DNA of 64,000 nt from an uncultured Chloroflexia bacterium (GCA_963746845.1 CAVVCZ010000004.1:1-64000); one strand, 5' to 3'. Positions 47,632 through 57,929 are shown, numbered from the stretch's first letter. The notes: generated from the sequence alone by a model not told the origin. A program made the numbers and translations.

Positions 47632-48375
47632 GTGTCCCGCTGGTCATCGCTCGATCGACCGCCCGTCGCCCTCGCCCTGTCGGCGGCGGTCTTCGCGATC
47701 CCGTTGGTCTTCGTCCTGCTCGTCCCGCACCCGCTCGAGCAGCCGTTCGGGGTCGACTTCCAGCTCTACCGTGACGCCACGGCCCGCTGGTTCGCGGGCG
47801 GCCCGTTCTACGAGCCGTACCAGCTCACCGGGCCCTACCCGATCAGCGCCGGCGACATCCTCTATCCGCCGGTCGCGCTGTGGCTGTTCCTGCCGTTCTC
47901 GATCATCACGGCGGCGCCGATCTCGTCCGTCCTCGCCGTTGCCTGGTGGGCGATCCCGCTCGGGATCGTGGCGGGCTCCGTCGTCCGGTTGCGGCCGCGC
48001 CCGCTCGTCTGGCCGCTGATCGCCCTGTGCCTCGCCAACCCGACGACGCTCCTGAAGATCTGGACCGGCAACCCGGTGATCTGGTCGATGGCGGCGATGG
48101 CGCTGGCGGTCGTCGGTGCCTCGCGGTTCGCCGCGCCGTTCGTCCTCGTGAAGCCGAGCCTTGCGCCGTTCGCGCTGTTCGGGATCCGTCGGCGCTCGTG
48201 GTGGCTCGGGGCCGCGCTGTTCCTGCTCCTGTGCCTGCCGTTCGGGGCGTTGTGGGCGGACTGGGTGACGTCCGTCGTCAACTCCCAGGGCGGAGGGCTG
48301 CTCTACTCGTCCCTCGAGGCGCCGATGCTCCTGTTGCCGCTGGCGGCCTGGCTGGGTCGGACGCGGGGTGGGTAG
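47632..48375 (+). CDS. GT87-like membrane glycosyltransferase
   Basis: DF.LY, LYPP, GN, KP motifs; multi-TM. Confidence 0.65.
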   Translation: MSRWSSLDRPPVALALSAAVFAIPLVFVLLVPHPLEQPFGVDFQLYRDATARWFAGGPFYEPYQLTGPYPISAGDILYPPVALWLFLPFSIITAAPISSVLAVAWWAIPLGIVAGSVVRLRPRPLVWPLIALCLANPTTLLKIWTGNPVIWSMAAMALAVVGASRFAAPFVLVKPSLAPFALFGIRRRSWWLGAALFLLLCLPFGALWADWVTSVVNSQGGGLLYSSLEAPMLLLPLAAWLGRTRGG

Positions 48376-48439
48376 CGGGCGTCCCGTGCCCGCCCTCGCC
48401 CTGGCCCGCCCTGGCCCGCCGTTGCCGGCCCTCCGGTTT

Positions 48440-48563
48440 GTCCGAGATCGAACGCCGCGGAAAGGCACTCCCGTTTCTCGGGCGTTTCCTCCGATTCCGG
48501 AATCCGGATTCGGAGGAAGGGTTGGGGAAGGACAGTGGGTTCCGGCGGCGTTCGAGATCGGAC
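48440..48563. repeat. Dispersed palindromic repeat family A, copy 2
   Basis: Terminal IR GTCCGAGATCGAACGCCGC / GCGGCGTTCGAGATCGGAC; internal TTCCTCCGA...TCGGAGGAA hairpin. Confidence 0.75.
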
Positions 48564-48645
48564 CATTCGACCGTCCGCCGGGCCGGGCTGGCCCGCGCGA
48601 TGACCCCGCCGCGCGCGAGGCGCCGCCGCGCGTGAGGCCCCGCCC

Positions 48646-48957
48646 TCAGCGATCGACCAGGTCGTCGTACTCAGGGTGGCGCCGCAGCCACGACGCGATG
48701 AACGGGCACTCGACGACCATCCGGAGGCCGCGCCGACGGACATCGTCGAGGGCCGTCCGGGCCAGCGCGCCGCCGACGCCCTGCCCCTCGGCGTCCGGCA
48801 GCACCTCCGTGTGGACGAACACGATCGGGCCGCGGTCATCCGCCAGCTCGTACTCGGCGATCCCCACGATCCGGTCGCCGAGCCGCGCCTCGTAGCGCGA
48901 CTCCTCCGGGTTGTCCTCGACGACGGGCTTGTCGGTGGCGACGGTCGGCTCGGTCAT
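48646..48957 (-). CDS. YjdJ-like GNAT acetyltransferase
   Basis: HTEV....EGQGVG, CPFI..W..RHPEY. Confidence 0.9.
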   Translation of the reverse strand: MTEPTVATDKPVVEDNPEESRYEARLGDRIVGIAEYELADDRGPIVFVHTEVLPDAEGQGVGGALARTALDDVRRRGLRMVVECPFIASWLRRHPEYDDLVDR

Positions 48958-49111
48958 CCGGGCATCCTAACGGGTGTCGGCCAGCATGCGGCAAGGGGCC
49001 GGTGCGGCGGGACACAGGCCGGGCCGCCACCTTGTCCCTCGGTCAGGAATCGGTTACGGTAGCCGTCCGGTTACGGAAGAGGGGACGGCACGTCCGGCGA
49101 GGAGGCACACG

Positions 49112-49519
49112 ATGGCGAGCGGCAGCGGCACGAAGGACGATCCCTGGGTCCTGAAGACGCCCCCCGGAACGTCCGAATACACGATGTACCGGGACGACGC
49201 CTCCGACCCGCCGACGATCGTCTGCCAGGTCGGCGGGACGAAGCTCCTGTACGACGCCCGGGCGATCGATGAGCTCCACGCCTGGCTGAAGGCACAGGGC
49301 GACTGGGTCCTCCTCGGCGGGGCCGACGAGCAGAAGCCGGCGCCGGAGGGCACGGTCGAGGCCTGGGGCCGGTCCGAATCGAACCCGCGCGGCGGCTGGT
49401 ACGGGCTGAAGAAGGGCCTGCGCGGCCGGTTCGGGGTGTACATGCCGCCCCTGCTCGAGGCGCTCGGGCTGGCCGAGCTGACCCACGACGCGAAGAACAA
49501 CAAGATGCGGGCACGGTGA
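49112..49519 (+). CDS. Conserved hypothetical protein (DUF6855-like)
   Basis: GTKDDPW.LKTPPG, GWYGLKKGLRGRFG; GAGGAGG RBS. Confidence 0.75.
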   Translation: MASGSGTKDDPWVLKTPPGTSEYTMYRDDASDPPTIVCQVGGTKLLYDARAIDELHAWLKAQGDWVLLGGADEQKPAPEGTVEAWGRSESNPRGGWYGLKKGLRGRFGVYMPPLLEALGLAELTHDAKNNKMRAR

Positions 49520-49890
49520 CGCGAAGGCCCGAGAACGCCGCCGCCGCGACCCTCGCCGGAGACCCGTTCGAGGCGCTCGGCGACCCGAACCGCCGGGCGA
49601 TCGTCGAGCTGCTGGCCGCGGGCGGCGGCCCGGGCCGATCGGTCGGCGAGCTCGCCGACGCGCTGCCGATCAGCCGGCCGGCCGTCTCCCGGCATCTCCG
49701 GCTCCTGAAGGAGGCCGGCCTCGTCGTCGAGGAGCCGCGTGGGACGCGCCGGATCTACCGGCTCCACGATGCGGGCCCGGAGGCGGTGCGCGCCTACCTC
49801 GAGCGGGTCTGGGGCGAGGCCGCGGCACGCTTCCGGCTCGTCGCCGACAACGAGCCCGCGTCGCGCCGCGCGCGCCGCACCGCCTCGTGA
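49516..49890 (+). CDS. ArsR/SmtB-family regulator
   Basis: FEALGDPNRR, ISRPAVSRHLRLL. Confidence 0.92.
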   Translation: MTRRPENAAAATLAGDPFEALGDPNRRAIVELLAAGGGPGRSVGELADALPISRPAVSRHLRLLKEAGLVVEEPRGTRRIYRLHDAGPEAVRAYLERVWGEAAARFRLVADNEPASRRARRTAS

Positions 49891-50339
49891 TCGAGCCGAT
49901 CCGCCTGTCGTTCGAGGTCGGCTGTCCGCCCGACCGGGCGTTCGCCGTCTGGACGGCGGAGATCGACCGGTGGTGGCCGGCCGACCACACCGTGACCGGC
50001 AGCGACGACCTGACCGTCGTCCTCGAGCCGCGGCCGGGCGGCCGGATCTACGAGCGCACGCCCGGCGGCATCGAGCACGACTGGGGCGAGGTCACGGTCT
50101 GGGAGCCGCCGGGCCGGCTCGGCTACCTGTGGCACCTGCGTCGCGACCGCGCCGACGCGACGGAGGTCGACATCCGGTTCGAGGACGCCGGCGACGGCCG
50201 GACCCGGGTCGCGATCGAGCACCGCGGCTGGGAGGCCCTCGGCGCCGAGGGCGAGTCGTGGCGCGATCGGAACCGCGGCGGCTGGGCGACGCTTCTGCCG
50301 TGGTACGTCGAGCTCGCCGGTGCCCCCGCGCATCGCTGA
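49887..50339 (+). CDS. SRPBCC/AHSA1 (START-like) protein
   Basis: AFAVWT..IDRWW, WEPPGRL, EHRGW. Confidence 0.9.
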   Translation: MIEPIRLSFEVGCPPDRAFAVWTAEIDRWWPADHTVTGSDDLTVVLEPRPGGRIYERTPGGIEHDWGEVTVWEPPGRLGYLWHLRRDRADATEVDIRFEDAGDGRTRVAIEHRGWEALGAEGESWRDRNRGGWATLLPWYVELAGAPAHR

Positions 50340-50416
50340 TCGACGGCCGACCGACCGCGGTGTGGCATGCTGCGCGTGCCAGTCAACCGACCTGGACCCG
50401 GAGGAATGCTCAGCCA

Positions 50417-50812
50417 GTGCCCGCCCGCAAGCGCAAGACGACCTACCCGCCGCCCCGCAACGCGACACGCCCGCCCCGACCGGGCGAGCCAGGAGGGCCG
50501 GGTGGTCCGGCGGCGGACACGCCCTATCAACGTCCGACGGTCGCCTCGATCAACCTCGCGGCCAGCACCGGACGGGCGGGTCTCAAGGTCGGTGACCGGG
50601 TCCGGATCACCGGCAGCGGGCTGTACTCGGGCGAGATCGCCACGATCGACAAGCTGACGTCGGGCGCGATCCCGTCGGCCCTCGTCCGGACCGAGGCGGG
50701 TCGGACGCGCCAGGTCCGCACGATCGACCTCGAGCCGGTCGCGCCGGGGACGACCGCCGCGGCCGCGGGTCCGGCCGCCGAATCGGCCGAGCCGGTCGCC
50801 GACGAGGGCTGA
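50417..50812 (+). CDS. Small KOW/SH3-like domain protein
   Basis: LKVGDRVRITGSGLYSGE KOW-like motif. Confidence 0.6.
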   Translation: MPARKRKTTYPPPRNATRPPRPGEPGGPGGPAADTPYQRPTVASINLAASTGRAGLKVGDRVRITGSGLYSGEIATIDKLTSGAIPSALVRTEAGRTRQVRTIDLEPVAPGTTAAAAGPAAESAEPVADEG

Positions 50813-50846
50813 GCCGCCGCCGCCCGGCCCCAAACCAGGCAGGCTC

Positions 50847-50995
50847 ATGCGCTGGACGCGTCAAACGACCGTCGGCGCCCTGTTCGATCGTCGATCGATG
50901 CGCCGGGTGCATGAACCGGCGCCCGAGACACCGGAATCGGTGGGTTTCGGGCCTCGCGTCCGCCGTTCAGGCGTCGTTTCATGCGCTGGACGCAA
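50847..50995. repeat. Dispersed repeat family B, copy 2
   Basis: ATGCGCTGGACGCGTCAAACGAC...GCGTCGTTTCATGCGCTGGACGCAA. Confidence 0.75.
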
Positions 50996-51052
50996 GACGG
51001 ACCGCCGGGCCGCGGGCGGCCGGGGAGCAGAAACCGGGGAGCGGGCCAGGAC

Positions 51053-51827
51053 CTAGCGGAAGAGGTCGAAGCTCGCGGGCATCAGCCCGTCCGCGATCGA
51101 GCCCTCCCCGAGGAGCGGGTGGGCGCCCCGGACCACGGCCACGGGCCGCCCGCCGACCTTGCCGAGGGCGAGCTCCGCGGCGGACGCGATCTCGTCGGCC
51201 GAGGCGCGGATCGTCGAACGCATCACCCGCCCGTCGGCGTCGACCGTGCCCCGGAGGTCCTCGATCGGGACGAGGCCGGACACGCCGATCGCGACGTCCG
51301 TGATGCCCCACCGCCAGGGCCGTCCGAACGAGTCGGACACGATCACCGGCACGTCCACCCCGAACCGCTCGCGGATCGCCGCGCGGATCGCCCGCGCCGA
51401 CGCGTCCGGGTCCCGTGGCAGGAGCGTCACGATCGACCCGCTGTCCGGCCCGACGTTCGACGCGTCGACGCCGCCGTTTGCGCACACGAAGCCATGGGGC
51501 GTCTCGGTGATCAGCACGCCGTGCTCCATCCGGACGACGCGGCGCGCCTCGCGCAGCACGACCTCGAGCTGGCGCGGATCGCGGTCCCACTGCTCGGCGA
51601 ACGCGACCGCTTCCGGTCGCGGCTCGATCGTCGTCAGGTCGACGATCGCCCCCTCGGCCTTCGAGACGACCTTCTGGGTGACGACGAGCACGTCGTCGGG
51701 TTGGAGCGGCGGGACGCCCGGCGTGCGTTCGATCGGCGTCGCCGATCAGCCGCCCGAGATCGTCGCCCGGGACGACCTCCGGGATGCCGTCGAGGGCGAT
51801 CGCCTCGACCCGGCCCTCAGCGGACAT
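51053..51827 (-). CDS. cofE: Coenzyme F420-0:L-glutamate ligase (apparent frameshift near 51737)
   Basis: GIPEVVPGDDL, TQKVVSKAEG, CANGGVDASN, DSFGRPWR, DEIASAA. Confidence 0.92.
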
Positions 51828-52458
51828 CGACGGGGCGGAGGCTCGCCTCCGCGAGCAGCAGGTCGTCCGGCGTGTCGATGTCGAGGGTGAGCGGCCCGCC
51901 GAGCTCGACCAGGTCCGCGCCCGCGGCTCGCGCCGCCGCGACATGGGCCGCGTGGCTGTCGCCGCCGTAGCAGGTGTCGATCGCGTCCGGCGGCGCGAGG
52001 AGCAAGGCGTTCGTGCCGCGGCCGTGGCGGTCCGCCACGATCGCGACGAGCGGACGCCGGCCCATCGCCAGCGTCGTCAGCACCGCCGCGATCGCCTCGG
52101 GGGTCACGTCCGGCAGGTCGATCGGCAGGATCAGGACCGCGGTCGCGCCGCCGGCGATCGCCTCCGCGCGCCCCGCGTCGATGCCCCGGTTCAGGCCCAC
52201 GTCCCGCTGCCGGAGTGGCCGCGCCCCGAGCTCCGCGGCCAGACGCCGGACGCCGTCGTCCGGCGTCACGACGAGCGTCTCCGCGATCCCGGGCGTCGCG
52301 ACGCAGGCCGCGATCGTCGTGCGGGCCAGGTGAAGCGTCAGCTCCAGGCGCTCCTCGGCGTCGAGCACCGCACCCAGCCGCGACTTCGCGCCGGTGAGCG
52401 CCCCGACCGGGACGATCGCGACCACCCGGCCGGCGTCGGGGGACTCGGGGTTGGGCAT
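51817..52458 (-). CDS. cofC: 2-phospho-L-lactate/PEP guanylyltransferase
   Basis: AKSRL, DLP, GTNALL, DIDTPDDL. Confidence 0.93.
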   Translation of the reverse strand: MPNPESPDAGRVVAIVPVGALTGAKSRLGAVLDAEERLELTLHLARTTIAACVATPGIAETLVVTPDDGVRRLAAELGARPLRQRDVGLNRGIDAGRAEAIAGGATAVLILPIDLPDVTPEAIAAVLTTLAMGRRPLVAIVADRHGRGTNALLLAPPDAIDTCYGGDSHAAHVAAARAAGADLVELGGPLTLDIDTPDDLLLAEASLRPVDVR

Positions 52459-52485
52459 GCCCGAAATCCTAGAGGATGCCGGCGC

Positions 52486-53106
52486 TCAGGCCCATGACAG
52501 CGTGAGCCAGATCGCCGTCAGCCCGAACACGAGCAGGATCGCGCCCGACAGACGGTTCACCCAGAGCAGGATCGTCGGCGTCAGCCGCGTGCGGAGCCGG
52601 CTCACGGCGAACGTCAGGCCGACCCACCACGTCGCCGACCCGAGGAACACCCCGAGCGTGAGGAGCGCCGCCTCCGCGAAGCTGCCGCCGCTCAGCCCGA
52701 GCCCCGCGAAGATCCCGGCGAACGACAGGATCGTCATCGGGTTCGTCATCGTCAGCCCGTAGATCGACAGGAACGCGCCCGGCAGCCCGGGCCGGTCGCG
52801 GACGGCGGCCTCGGTCGTCGCCGGCGTCGCGACCATCGTCCGGATCGCGAGCCAGACGAGGAACGCCCCACCGACGAGCCCGAGCGCCGGCCGCAGCCCG
52901 ACGAGCACGGACGTGACCGCGGTCAGCCCGAACGCCGCAACTCCGCCGTACGATCCGTCGGCGAGGGCGACGCCCATCCCGGACGCAAGGCCGTAGACCC
53001 GCCCGTGGGCGAGCGTGCGCCGGATCACGAGGATGCTGATCGGCCCGACGGCGGCGGCGATCGTGAGCCCGATCGCGAGGCCGCGGGCGAGGAACGTGGG
53101 ATCCAT
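52486..53106 (-). CDS. LysE/RhtB-family amino-acid translocator
   Basis: IAAAVGP, GVALAD, LTMTNPMTI. Confidence 0.9.
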   Translation of the reverse strand: MDPTFLARGLAIGLTIAAAVGPISILVIRRTLAHGRVYGLASGMGVALADGSYGGVAAFGLTAVTSVLVGLRPALGLVGGAFLVWLAIRTMVATPATTEAAVRDRPGLPGAFLSIYGLTMTNPMTILSFAGIFAGLGLSGGSFAEAALLTLGVFLGSATWWVGLTFAVSRLRTRLTPTILLWVNRLSGAILLVFGLTAIWLTLSWA

Positions 53107-53162
53107 GCTGGTGACTCCAGTGTGCGTGGTGCCGCCGGCGGTCGGGGGTCCCCTCGGGCATG

Positions 53163-53188
53163 AAAAGGCCCCCGGCCGAGCCGAGGGC
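53163..53188 (-). terminator. Attenuator terminator in the lysE-like leader
   Basis: Minus strand GCCCTCGGC-TCG-GCCGGGGGC-C-TTTT, ~57 nt before the start codon. Confidence 0.75.
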
Positions 53189-53227
53189 GATGGACCAGAT
53201 TGCGGGCGCCCGATCGGGCGCGCGTCG

Positions 53228-53299
53228 TCAGGCCAGGCTCACCCTCGTCGAGGGCTGCTGCTGGCTCCGGATCGTGCGAGGCGTCGGGATCGAGTGCAC
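53228..53299 (-). CDS. Putative leaderless leader peptide MHSIPTPRTIRSQQQPSTRVSLA
   Basis: GTG 6 nt after the -10 box; CAG-CAG-CAG run; followed by the terminator. Confidence 0.6.
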   Translation of the reverse strand: MHSIPTPRTIRSQQQPSTRVSLA

Positions 53300-53305
53300 G
53301 GGCGG

Positions 53306-53334
53306 ACTGTGCCGGGTGCGGATCGGCCTGTCAA
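53306..53334 (-). promoter_or_regulatory. Sigma70-type promoter for the leader and lysE-like gene
   Basis: TTGACA-N17-CACAGT. Confidence 0.65.
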
Positions 53335-53370
53335 TTCCCCTCGTATCCTCGCGCCAGGAGGTCCGAGACG

Positions 53371-54147
53371 ATGCAGGAACACCAGCCGTTCACATCCGAC
53401 GCCCCCGGCGGACCCACCGCGCCGCCGACGAGCCCGTTCGATGACCCCAGAACGATGCAGATCCTGTCCACGGAACACTGGAGCCTGCTCGCGACCCGTT
53501 CGCTCAGCTGGAACGAGTCGTTCAGCCGGGCCGGCCTGTTCCTGTCGGTCGTGTCCGCCACCGCGGTGGCGCTGGCCCTCGTCGGCCAGGCGACGGACTT
53601 CGGCGAGCAGTTCCTGGCGTTCGCGCTGGTGATGCTGCCGATCGCGCTGTTCGTGGGGCTGGCGACCTTCACCCGGCTCGACGAGGTCAACAACGAGGAC
53701 ATCGTGTGGGTCGCGGGCATGAACCGGATTCGTCATGCCTATGTCGAGATGAACCCCGCCCTCCTCCCGTACTTCATCACCGGCTGGACCGACGACCCAC
53801 CGGGGCTGGAGAGGACCTTCGGGATCCACCGGCCGGGCAGCGCCGCGGCCCACTGGGTGGTCACGATGCCGGGGATGGTCGCGGTGATCGATGGGGTCCT
53901 CGGCGGCCTCGTCGTCGGGCTCGCCCTGAACGGCTTCGGCGGGATGGCGATGTCCGGCTCGATCGCGGCCGGTCTCGTCGTCGGCGTGCTGATCCCGCTG
54001 GTCCTCGCCCTTCGGAGCCGCAGCTCGATCCGCTGGTTCCTCGGCGCGTTCCGGCCGCAGTTCCCGTCGGATGAGGAGTCCCTGTACGACTGGTCAGCGC
54101 CCATCCGCAGCAGCGGCAAGGACGGTCCCGGCAAGGACGGCGCGTGA
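53371..54147 (+). CDS. Conserved hypothetical membrane protein
   Basis: AGGAGG RBS; ILSTEHWSLLATRS, GMNRIRHAY; four TMs. Confidence 0.8.
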   Translation: MQEHQPFTSDAPGGPTAPPTSPFDDPRTMQILSTEHWSLLATRSLSWNESFSRAGLFLSVVSATAVALALVGQATDFGEQFLAFALVMLPIALFVGLATFTRLDEVNNEDIVWVAGMNRIRHAYVEMNPALLPYFITGWTDDPPGLERTFGIHRPGSAAAHWVVTMPGMVAVIDGVLGGLVVGLALNGFGGMAMSGSIAAGLVVGVLIPLVLALRSRSSIRWFLGAFRPQFPSDEESLYDWSAPIRSSGKDGPGKDGA

Positions 54148-55050
54148 GTCGTCGTCCGTCATGATCGTGTCGGCGACGACCGCCCGGATCCCGAGGGCCT
54201 CCACGTCCGGGGCGAGCGCGGCGTCGACGGTGTCGAGGACGAAGGTGTCGATCAGCCCGGCGTAGGCGCGGGCGACGCCGAGCGCGGTCGGCTCGTGGCC
54301 GAGGCTGGCGAGCATCCGGTCCGCGGGCCCCTTGAGCGCGCGACCGCCGATGATCCCGCTCACCGCAACGATCCGCGCGCCGCGAGCGCGTGCGGCGTCG
54401 AGGCCCGCACGGATCCCGGGGACCGCGAGGATCGGGCCGACCGAGACGATCGGGTTCGACGGCGCGATGACGACGATCTCCGCCGTCGCGAGCGCCGCCT
54501 CGACCTCCGGCGTCGGGCGCGCACGCTCGATCCCCTCGAACCGGACCTCGCGGACCTCCGGCGCCTGGCGGAGCCGGACGAAGTAGTCCTGGAAGTCGAG
54601 CCAGCCCTCGTCCGTCCGGACCCGGGTCCGGACCGGCTCGTCGGTCATCGGCAGGATCGCCGCCCGGACGCCGAGATGCGTCTGGAGGTCGCGGCAGACC
54701 TCGGTCAGGCGGGCGCCATCGCGCAGACGGGCGGTCCGGACGATGTGCGTGGCGAGGTCCTGGTCGCCGAGCCGGAACCAGCCTTCCTCTCCGTACCGCT
54801 CGAGCGCGCCCATCGTCGCCCACGTGTCGCCGGCCAGCCCCCACCCGAACTCGGGGTTCTCGAGGCCCGCGAGCGTGTACATCACCGTGTCGTGGTCGGC
54901 GCAGACGAGCAGCCCATGGCGCTCGGTGTCGTCGGCGGTGTTCACGACGACGGTCAGCCGATCGCCGAGGATCGCCTGGAGACCCTCCGCGAGCTTCGCG
55001 CCACCGACCCCGCCGGCGAGGCAGACGACGGACCCGGGGCCGGCCCACAT
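54094..55050 (-). CDS. cofD: 2-phospho-L-lactate transferase
   Basis: LAGGVGGAK, VNTADD, FQDYFV, PSNP.VS, KGPA. Confidence 0.95.
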   Translation of the reverse strand: MWAGPGSVVCLAGGVGGAKLAEGLQAILGDRLTVVVNTADDTERHGLLVCADHDTVMYTLAGLENPEFGWGLAGDTWATMGALERYGEEGWFRLGDQDLATHIVRTARLRDGARLTEVCRDLQTHLGVRAAILPMTDEPVRTRVRTDEGWLDFQDYFVRLRQAPEVREVRFEGIERARPTPEVEAALATAEIVVIAPSNPIVSVGPILAVPGIRAGLDAARARGARIVAVSGIIGGRALKGPADRMLASLGHEPTALGVARAYAGLIDTFVLDTVDAALAPDVEALGIRAVVADTIMTDDDSRAVLAGTVLAAAADGR

Positions 55051-55979
55051 CAGGCCAGCGCGGTCCAGACGTCGGGCATCCGCTCGATCGTCTCGCGGTC
55101 GAACGGCGCCGGCAGTCGGACGATCACGGTCGAGAAGCCGAGGTCGCGATACGGGGCGATCGCCTCGGCGATGAGCGACGGCGGGCCGGCGAGATGCGGC
55201 CCGGCGCCCGCGTTCTCGACGCCGTTGGCGTGATAGCGCTCCAGGGCGGCAGCCTCTGCCGCCGCGACCTCGTCGCGGATGATGATCGGGAAGCTGATCG
55301 TCAGCTCGATCTCGCCCCGGTCGCGCCCGACGGCTTCGCAGTGCCCGTCGAGCGTCGCGAGCTTGCCCGTGACCTCGTCGAGCGTGCCGGTCGTGTTCCA
55401 GGCGTCGGCCCGGAGCGCCACGGTCCGAAGCGTCTTCTGCGGCCCGGAGCCGCCGACGAGGATCGGGAGGTGGGCCTGGACGGGTCGCGGCTCGCACAGC
55501 GCGTCGTGGAACGCGTAGAACCGGCCCTCGTGGTCGACCCGCTCACCGTCGAGGAGCCGGCGCAGGAGCATGACCGCCTCGTCGAGCCGATCGAGCCGCT
55601 CGCCGAACCCGGAGCCCCACGTCTCGAACCCGAACGCCTCGTGCTCGCGCTCGAACCAGGCGCCGCCGATGCCCAGCACCGCCCGGCCGTCGCTGACGTG
55701 GTCGAGCGTCGTCGCCAGCTTCGCCGTCAGCCCGGGGTTGCGGAACGTGTTCGCCCCGACCATCAGCCCGAGCCGGATCCGCGAGCTGAGCGCGCCGACG
55801 GCCGACAGGATCGTCCAGCCCTCGAAGATCGGCTGCTCCCACGGCCCGAAGATCGCGTTCAGGTGGTCCCACGTCCAGACCGAGTCCCAGCCGGCCGCCT
55901 CGGCGGCGAGCGCCGTGTCCCGGAACTCGGGCCAGGTCGTGTGCTGCGACCAGAGCTGGGCACCGAACCGCATCGTCAT
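55050..55979 (-). CDS. LLM-class (probably F420-dependent) oxidoreductase
   Basis: WTWDHL, FRNPGLTAK, LGIGGAW. Confidence 0.9.
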   Translation of the reverse strand: MTMRFGAQLWSQHTTWPEFRDTALAAEAAGWDSVWTWDHLNAIFGPWEQPIFEGWTILSAVGALSSRIRLGLMVGANTFRNPGLTAKLATTLDHVSDGRAVLGIGGAWFEREHEAFGFETWGSGFGERLDRLDEAVMLLRRLLDGERVDHEGRFYAFHDALCEPRPVQAHLPILVGGSGPQKTLRTVALRADAWNTTGTLDEVTGKLATLDGHCEAVGRDRGEIELTISFPIIIRDEVAAAEAAALERYHANGVENAGAGPHLAGPPSLIAEAIAPYRDLGFSTVIVRLPAPFDRETIERMPDVWTALA

Positions 55980-56899
55980 CGCTCCTCCGCGTCCAGGTTG
56001 ACGGGACCGTCCGTGATGACCGGGCGATCCGGCGACGGCCGCCATTCGTGGAGCCGGAACCGGCAGTGCTCGCGGAAGCCGATCCGCTCGTAGATCCCGC
56101 GGCCCGCCGGCGACGCCTGGAGGGTCGCGATCCGGAGCCCGGAATCCCGGGCGGCGAGCAGCGCGTGCCGGGTCATCGCCTCGCCGTAGCCGTGGCGACG
56201 GGCGTCCTGGACGGTGATCACGGTGTACACCCCTGCGACACCGGCGCCGGTGTGGATCCGCGCCGTCGCGACACCCCGGCCCTCGACCCGCCCGAGCCAT
56301 CGGGTCGGCAACCCGTTCGGCTCGCGGTACTGCCGCTCGGCGGCGACGATGGCCGTCCCGGCGGCGATGGCACCGATCGCGGTCTCGTCCTCCCAGTCCT
56401 CGGGGAAGCCGTGGGTCAGGACGGCATGAAACTCGTGGAGCGCCGCCCCATCGAGCACCGGTGCGACCTCGAGCTCCCAGGGGGTCGCGACCTCCTCGCC
56501 GCCCGCGAGATCGGCCAGGTCCATCGCCATGCCCGGGATGTCGTCGAGGAACACGATCCCGTGGGCGGAGAGGCGGGCGCTGAGGTCCGCCGGCTGATCG
56601 TCGGGGCACACCCACCAGAGGAAGGGTCGCCCGGCGAACAGCCGGATCGCGTCGTCGATCGCCGCGTCCACGTCCGGGGCGTCCGGCCCGCCGAACCGCG
56701 TCCGGACGACCTCGTTGACGTCCGCTGAGTTCACCTCGGAGGCGTAGGCGAGCATCGCCGGCGTCTCCACCACCCGCTCACCGGGCAGGGCCCGGCGTCG
56801 GATCGCCGAGAGGGTGAAGTCCTCGACGATCGACGCGCGCAACGCATCCGCGGACAGGTCCGTCCGGGCGGGACCGGGCGACGGAGGCGTGAGCGTCAC
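55976..56899 (-). CDS. GNAT acetyltransferase
   Basis: ARRHGYG, ATLQAS..G..IYERIGF; GTG at 56899. Confidence 0.85.
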   Translation of the reverse strand: MTLTPPSPGPARTDLSADALRASIVEDFTLSAIRRRALPGERVVETPAMLAYASEVNSADVNEVVRTRFGGPDAPDVDAAIDDAIRLFAGRPFLWWVCPDDQPADLSARLSAHGIVFLDDIPGMAMDLADLAGGEEVATPWELEVAPVLDGAALHEFHAVLTHGFPEDWEDETAIGAIAAGTAIVAAERQYREPNGLPTRWLGRVEGRGVATARIHTGAGVAGVYTVITVQDARRHGYGEAMTRHALLAARDSGLRIATLQASPAGRGIYERIGFREHCRFRLHEWRPSPDRPVITDGPVNLDAEER

Positions 56900-56928
56900 G
56901 GCGCGGGACTCACGGCGGGGTCGAGCGG

Positions 56929-57925
56929 CTACGCCGTGAGCTTCGGCAGGACGTCGCGTCCCGAAGACGTCGATCCACTCGGTCTGGTTGCGCCCGACGT
57001 TGTGGAGGTAGATCTGGTCGAAGCCGAGGTCGAGGAACTTCTGGATCTGGGCCCGGTGCTGGTCCGGGTCGGACGAGATCAGCATCCGCCCCTCGAAGTC
57101 CTCCGGACGGACGAGCTTCGCCATCTGCTCGAGGTCCAGCGGGCTCCGGATGTCCTGCTTGGGGAACTTCATCCCGCCGTTCGGCCACTCGGTCATCGCG
57201 TTGGCGAGAGCCTCCTCGTCGGTCGGCGCCCAGGACAGATGGAGCTGGAGGATGTACTTGAAGTCGCCGGGGTCCTTGCCCGCCTCGCGGCAGCCCGCCT
57301 CGCACTGCTCGCGGATGTTCGCCAGCTTGCTCTCCGGCGCGCCGACGGTGATCAGGCCCTCGGCGTACATCCCGGTCTTCTTCGCGGTCACGGGTCCCGC
57401 CGTCGCGATGTAGATCGGCGGCGCCGCGTCGGGCATCGTCCAGAGGCGGGTCGACTCGAGCTTGAAGTACTTGCCGTCGTGCTTGACGTCCCGGCCGCGG
57501 CTGCCGAACAGCTTCTTGATGATCTCGATCGCCTCGAACATCCGGTTGATCCGGTCGGGCGTCTCGGGCCAGTAGCCGGCGACGATGTGCTCGTTGAGCG
57601 CCTCGCCGCTGCCGAGCCCCAGCCAGTGCCGGCCGGGGTACATCGCCGCGAGCGTGGCCGACGCCTGGGCGACGATCGCCGGGTGCATCCGGAAGCTCGG
57701 GCAGGTGACGCCCGGCCCGACGTCGCCCGTCGTGCGCTCGCCGATCGCGGTCATCACGTTCCAGACGAACGCGGCGTTGCCCTGCTGGGGGACCCACGGC
57801 TGGAAGTGATCGGCGGCCATGACGCCCGTGAACCCGGCCCGCTCGGCGTCGACGCAGTAGCCGACGACCTCCTGCGGCCCGAACTGCTCGAGCATCGCGG
57901 CGTAGCCGATCTTCGGGGTGGCCAC
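56929..57925 (-). CDS. F420-dependent LLM oxidoreductase (TIGR03557/FGD-like); apparent frameshift near 56961
   Basis: EQF, ADHFQPW, LGSGEALNEH; removing one G restores FGRDVLPKLTA*. Confidence 0.9.
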
Positions 57926-57929
57926 GGGG

